Assembly (NCBI GenBank): GCA_004431415.1
Contig: QPMI01000039.1
Span: forward strand, 620,001 to 684,000
DNA from: Cyanophora paradoxa CCMP329
Taxonomy: Eukaryota; Plantae; Glaucophyta
Length of the DNA: 64,000 nt
Direction: 5' to 3'
Positions 59,977-64,000 of this stretch are shown here, piece by piece (the stretch's first letter is position 1; every line of letters starts with the position of its first letter). A model generated the notes under the pieces. That model saw only the letters and a program-made list of their open reading frames with translations, ran no database searches and had not been told where the DNA came from. The position numbers were made by a program, and so were the translations under genes.

Positions 59977-62900
59977 ACTCACAGCTCGCGAAAAAAAGTC
60001 GGTCCCCACAACTCGGTTTGTATGACAGGGGGGAGGGGCAAGTCGACTTGGAAAATCCCTACGCCAGTCAATTAAACCTTTTCATATATATGGCATATAT
60101 ATGCATTCGTATAGAGCTTATTTCTTTCTATCAGTAGTTTTAACGAGATCGAGGAGAAATGCCGGTCGCTGGCAGAGAGGAGAAGTTCAACACACAGCAG
60201 GATGCGTCCGGGCGTACTGTTCTGCCGCAGAGCGGTCCCGGATAACGCCCTGCGCCCGGGCCCGTTGCGCGCCTGTCGCTGACAAACACGCAGGCTGACA
60301 CTCCCGTAGTAGCCACTGCATGCACCTGTAGTAGCCACCATGCGGCTCTAGATCTGCGGTCCGCGCGTCCGAGCCGGGGCCGACGCGTGGCGGCGTGTCT
60401 CGGTGCTCGAGCAGGGCGCGACGGACACGGGCAACGCCGGGGCGCTGCGGACGACTGTGCGCAGGCCTGCGGCTTCGGGCGCGACGGGACGAGCCCTGGC
60501 GGGCGGCGTAGGCCGGGCCGACGCGCGGCGGCGGGTCTCGGTGCACGTGCGCGAGCAGGGGCCGCGGGCGACGCCGGGGCGCAGCTGACGCCGGGGCACA
60601 GGCCTGCGGCTTCGGGAGCGGCGGGGCGGGCCACAGCGGGCGGCGGAGGCCAGGCCGACGCGCGGCGGCGGGTCTCGGTGCGCGAGCAGGGGCCGCGGGC
60701 GACGCCGGGGCGCAGCTGACGACGGGGCGCAGGCCTGCGGCTTCGGGGGCGGCGGGCGGGCCCCGGCGGGCGGCGGAGGCCAGGCCGACGCGCGGCGGCG
60801 GGTCTCGGTGCGCGAGCAGGGGCCGCGGGCGACGCCGGGGCGCTGCGGACGACGGGGCGCAGGCCTGTGGCTTCGGGGGCGGCGGGGCGGGCCCGGCGGG
60901 CGGCGGAGGCCAGGCCGACGCGCGGCGGCGGGTCTCGGGGCGCGAGCAGGGGCCGCGGGCGGCGCCGGGGCGCTGCGGACGACGGGGCGCAGGCCTGCGG
61001 CTTCGGGGCGGCGGGGCGGGCCCTGGCGGGCGGCGGAGGCCAGGCCGACGCGCGGCGGCGGGTCTCGGTGCGCGAGCAGGGGCCGCGGGCGACGCCGGGG
61101 CGCTGCGGACGACGGGGCGCAGGCCTGCGGCTTCGGGGGCGGCGGGGCGGGCCCCGGCGGGCGGCGGAGGCCAGGCCGACGCGCGGCGGCGGTCTCGGGG
61201 CGCGAGCAGGGGCCGCGGGCGACGCCGGGGCGCTGCGGACGACAGGGCGCAGGCCTGCGGCTTCGGGGCGGCGGGGCGGGCTCCGGCGGGCGGCGGAGGC
61301 CAGGCCGACGCGCGGCGGCGGGTCTCGGGGCGCGAGCAGGGGCCGCGGCGGCGCCGGGGCGCTGCGGACGACGGGGCGCAGGCCTGCGGCTTCGGGGCGG
61401 CGGGGCGGGCCCTGGCGGGCGGCAGAGGCCAGGCCGATGCGCGGCGGCGGGTCTCGGTGCGCGAGCAGGGGCCGCGGGCGGCGCCGGGGCGCCTTCTTCT
61501 CAGGGCCTCTCCGTCCCGCCTGCTCTCTCTGTTCAACGCTCCGACGGTAGAGCGCCAGTAGCTCGCCAGCGTTCTGAGATCTTGATAGTGAGTTCGTAAT
61601 TCTCGAGAAACCCGCCGGCGCCCCGCCTGCGCCGTCTGGGCCGGCGAGCGCTTTGTTAAGCATGTATGAAGCTGTTAATGCATCTAAATGATGTATATCT
61701 CGCGTCCCAGGCGCTAGATGCGACCGGGCGGGCGAGAATCGTCCTGGGGCCAGGTGGGGCCGCAGATTGCAGCGGATCTTGAATGCCGGTCCAGGCTTTA
61801 ATCGGCGGCCTTCGGTACCACCACCACCGTCTTCAGCACCCTCGAAAACCCCCGGGGGCGTGAAATCGCCACTACTGAGTGAGTCGATGCTTCAATAAGG
61901 CATCATGAGCAGGTCGGGGTGGCATCTTGAAACTTAAAAACTGAAAAGTTCCAGAGAGGGTCCTACGAGTAAAGCTCGAAACACCGGTGAGGCCCAAAAA
62001 CACTTCGGATCACCCTGTATCTTGGAGCAGTGATATAACTACATGTGATAATGATTGTGGCTCAAAGAGCGGGCCGCTGGGGCCAGCCCGTCGCCCAGAA
62101 ACTCACTAGCTCTCACTAGCTCACTGACTGTGATCAAGCGATCTCCGCTAAGGATGCACCCCTCCGGGCCGCGATGCATACGCACATGCTCTATCAAGGT
62201 GTGCATCGATCTGCGCTAGCGGCGATCCAGCGAACCCTTGCCGTGTGGAGCGAAATCAAATCGCGCAGGTGCACCCACCCCAAGCCTTCTGGAGAAGCAG
62301 GCGATCTCCGCTGCGGAAGCAGGCGAAGCAGGCGGGGCCGCGCTCCAGCTGCGCATGCTCTTTTAAATTGTGCATCGATCTGCGTTAGCGTCGGCCCGGC
62401 AGCCCTCGCAGTAAGCAGCGAAATCGAATCTGCCAGGTGCCACCCCCCCACTGGAGCAGGTGCCGCTGGCGGCGGGGGTGCGTGCCGCCGCCCGCACGAA
62501 TGCTCTGCGCGTGCTCTAGATGTCCCTCATGGCCCTAGACATCTCAGCCCGCACCGCCCCGCCGTCGCAGCCATGCCATCTGGAACCGCATGACATGCTT
62601 GATTGCACACGAGCGCGCATCTGCCTGAGGCGCGGCAGGACACGAAGCCGAGCCAGAGCGGAGCCCACGGCATTCGAGCGAGCGGTGCGCGACCTTGGAG
62701 GCGGCGAAAGATGTCTCCACGCCTCGGGGCCTGCGAGAGGCGGATCCGGATCCGATTAGGGCGGAGCTCGCGGGCGCGGCGGCGTGATGCTTCGCCACGC
62801 ACCTATTCGTGATGTATAGCTTAGCTATGAGCGATCCGGCGCCATCTTGGCGAACCGGCTCTTGAGCTCGTCCGGCCGCGGGCTGCGGTCAATAGTCAGC

Positions 62901-63430
62901 GCGCGCGGTTGGGGGGCTAGCCCAGATGCGAGAACGATCACACCTAGCGCATTAGAAGCTTGTTCTGAGACGAATTGGAGCTTCTAGAGGTCGCCCGCGC
63001 TCGGTCCCGGACACCTTCTCCGATGGGGGGCCCTGCACGAACTTGTCAGTCTTTCAGCGACGCTGCCAGATTTCGGGCTGCCATCAAGCACAGAGATAGC
63101 TCGCTTGAATGTCTAAACTTTGGCGGAAGCGCTTTGGAAATCGTCGGGCTCGTTTTCGCGCACGCTTTCCTTGAAGGCGATCGTAGGGCTACTTTTCGTC
63201 GCGGCAGTGCCCGAAAGCACCCGTTCCTGCTCCATATGCGACCAGGAGGCTAGCTGCGGCGCTCTCTGCTGCGCGCGGGAGCTGCCGCGCGTGCTGGTCG
63301 CGCGCTTCGCCGAGTCGAGTACGTCTACCCCGGGTGTTTAAACTTTTGTAGGCCAGAATTATTCGAGTCCCAAGTCGAGTCCCAGCCAAGTCGAATTGCG
63401 GGGACCGACTTTTTTTCGCGAGCAGTGAGT
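59977..63430. mobile_element. Non-autonomous terminal-inverted-repeat DNA transposon, ~3.45 kb (CAC(A/T)G near the termini, CMC/CACTA-like)
   Basis: Left end ACTCACAGCTCGCGAAAAAAAGTCGGTCCCCACAACTCG; reverse complement of right end ACTCACTGCTCGCGAAAAAAAGTCGGTCCCCGCAATTCG (3 mismatches in 39). Subterminal TCGACTTGG at both ends. No transposase seen and TSD not resolved. Confidence 0.75.
60375..61492 (+). repeat. ~130-bp GC-rich tandem repeat, ~8.5 copies, inside the transposon
   Basis: CAGGCCTG(C/T)GGCTTCGGG recurs near 60462, 60599, 60730, 60860, 60990, 61120, 61250 and 61379. Confidence 0.92.
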
Positions 63431-64000
63431 GATTGTGTGAGTCGACGTCCGACGGTCCAGAATCTCCAGATCTAGATCAATAATTTAATATAATATGATA
63501 CAAATCCATGCACACTTCACCTTGGATTTCAAGTTTAGAAGTCAACAAATGGGTACAGTATACATTCACGTACGTCGGGCTTGCGTACGTACACTCGAGC
63601 TCTGGGGTTCCGATTCCGAAGTTCGTGACTATATATACGGTACATACGGTTATAACGTTTCACGCTAACTTGTATAGCGTTCAACGGTTAATTCGACTCG
63701 GCGATATTCCGACTCGGCGACTCGGCGACCCGCGGCCGGCCCCGACGTCGATCGACCGTCGGACCCTCGATCGCGAGCTCGATCGATCCCGGGGACCCGG
63801 ACTCGGAGTCCAATTTAAGTACTACGTATCCGCGTACGGTACTACGGTACTACTAGCTATAGGCTAGCTATAGTCGACGTCGGTCCGGCGCGTTGAATTT
63901 TAAAATAAAACTAATCAGGCGAAGCCTCTTTCTCAAACCCAAAAACCGCCGATATAAATTCCTTTTTTAACCTTTTTTTCCACTCGAGATCCCCCCTGAT

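Noticed and set aside
59980-60003. CACAG..AAAAAAA resembling a V(D)J RSS / Transib end
   Set aside because: Heptamer and spacer do not match, there is no 5-bp TSD and no RAG-like ORF; it is also 35 kb from the repeat arrays.
60140-61663. 450-500-aa ORFs inside the transposon as a transposase
   Set aside because: They only translate the 130-bp tandem array; no DDE or other transposase motifs.
1-64000. Hundreds of long Arg/Pro/Ala/Gly-rich ORFs on both strands
   Set aside because: Stop-codon scarcity at very high GC; the real genes are spliced and only fragments appear in the ORF track.

Overview
Very GC-rich, intron-dense eukaryotic DNA: introns are ~50-110 nt and often GC-AG, so almost all long ORFs in the track are shadows and genes had to be spliced by eye. 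A plastid-type transit peptide (MAASF...), a microbial rhodopsin and the intron style suggest an alga, possibly a glaucophyte; this is inference only. Bases 1-25.2 kb are a tandem segmental duplication with ~11-13 kb units. Each unit holds gene A, which ends in an FBXO11-type parallel beta-helix of 46-aa repeats with hypervariable positions, followed by gene B, a helical/ARM-like protein with a disordered tail. The two complete A copies carry different N-terminal modules typical of cell-death effectors, joined to the beta-helix at the same phase-0 intron: an MLKL-like four-helix bundle plus an intact non-RD kinase (9168-13290), and a SARM1-like TIR domain with its catalytic Glu (21673-24181). 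This looks like an NLR-analogous immune/cell-death receptor family with shuffled repeats and swappable effectors, and is the main finding. The third unit breaks off into a 5'-truncated hybrid histidine kinase. Downstream lie a second TIR-like gene, a rhodopsin with an E-T-N motif and long N-terminal extension, an NlpC/P60 protein, a glycosyltransferase-like protein, a tail-anchored metallothionein-like gene built from exon+intron repeats, an mTERF, a coiled-coil gene, an AP2-like gene and a non-autonomous terminal-inverted-repeat transposon carrying a ~130-bp tandem array.
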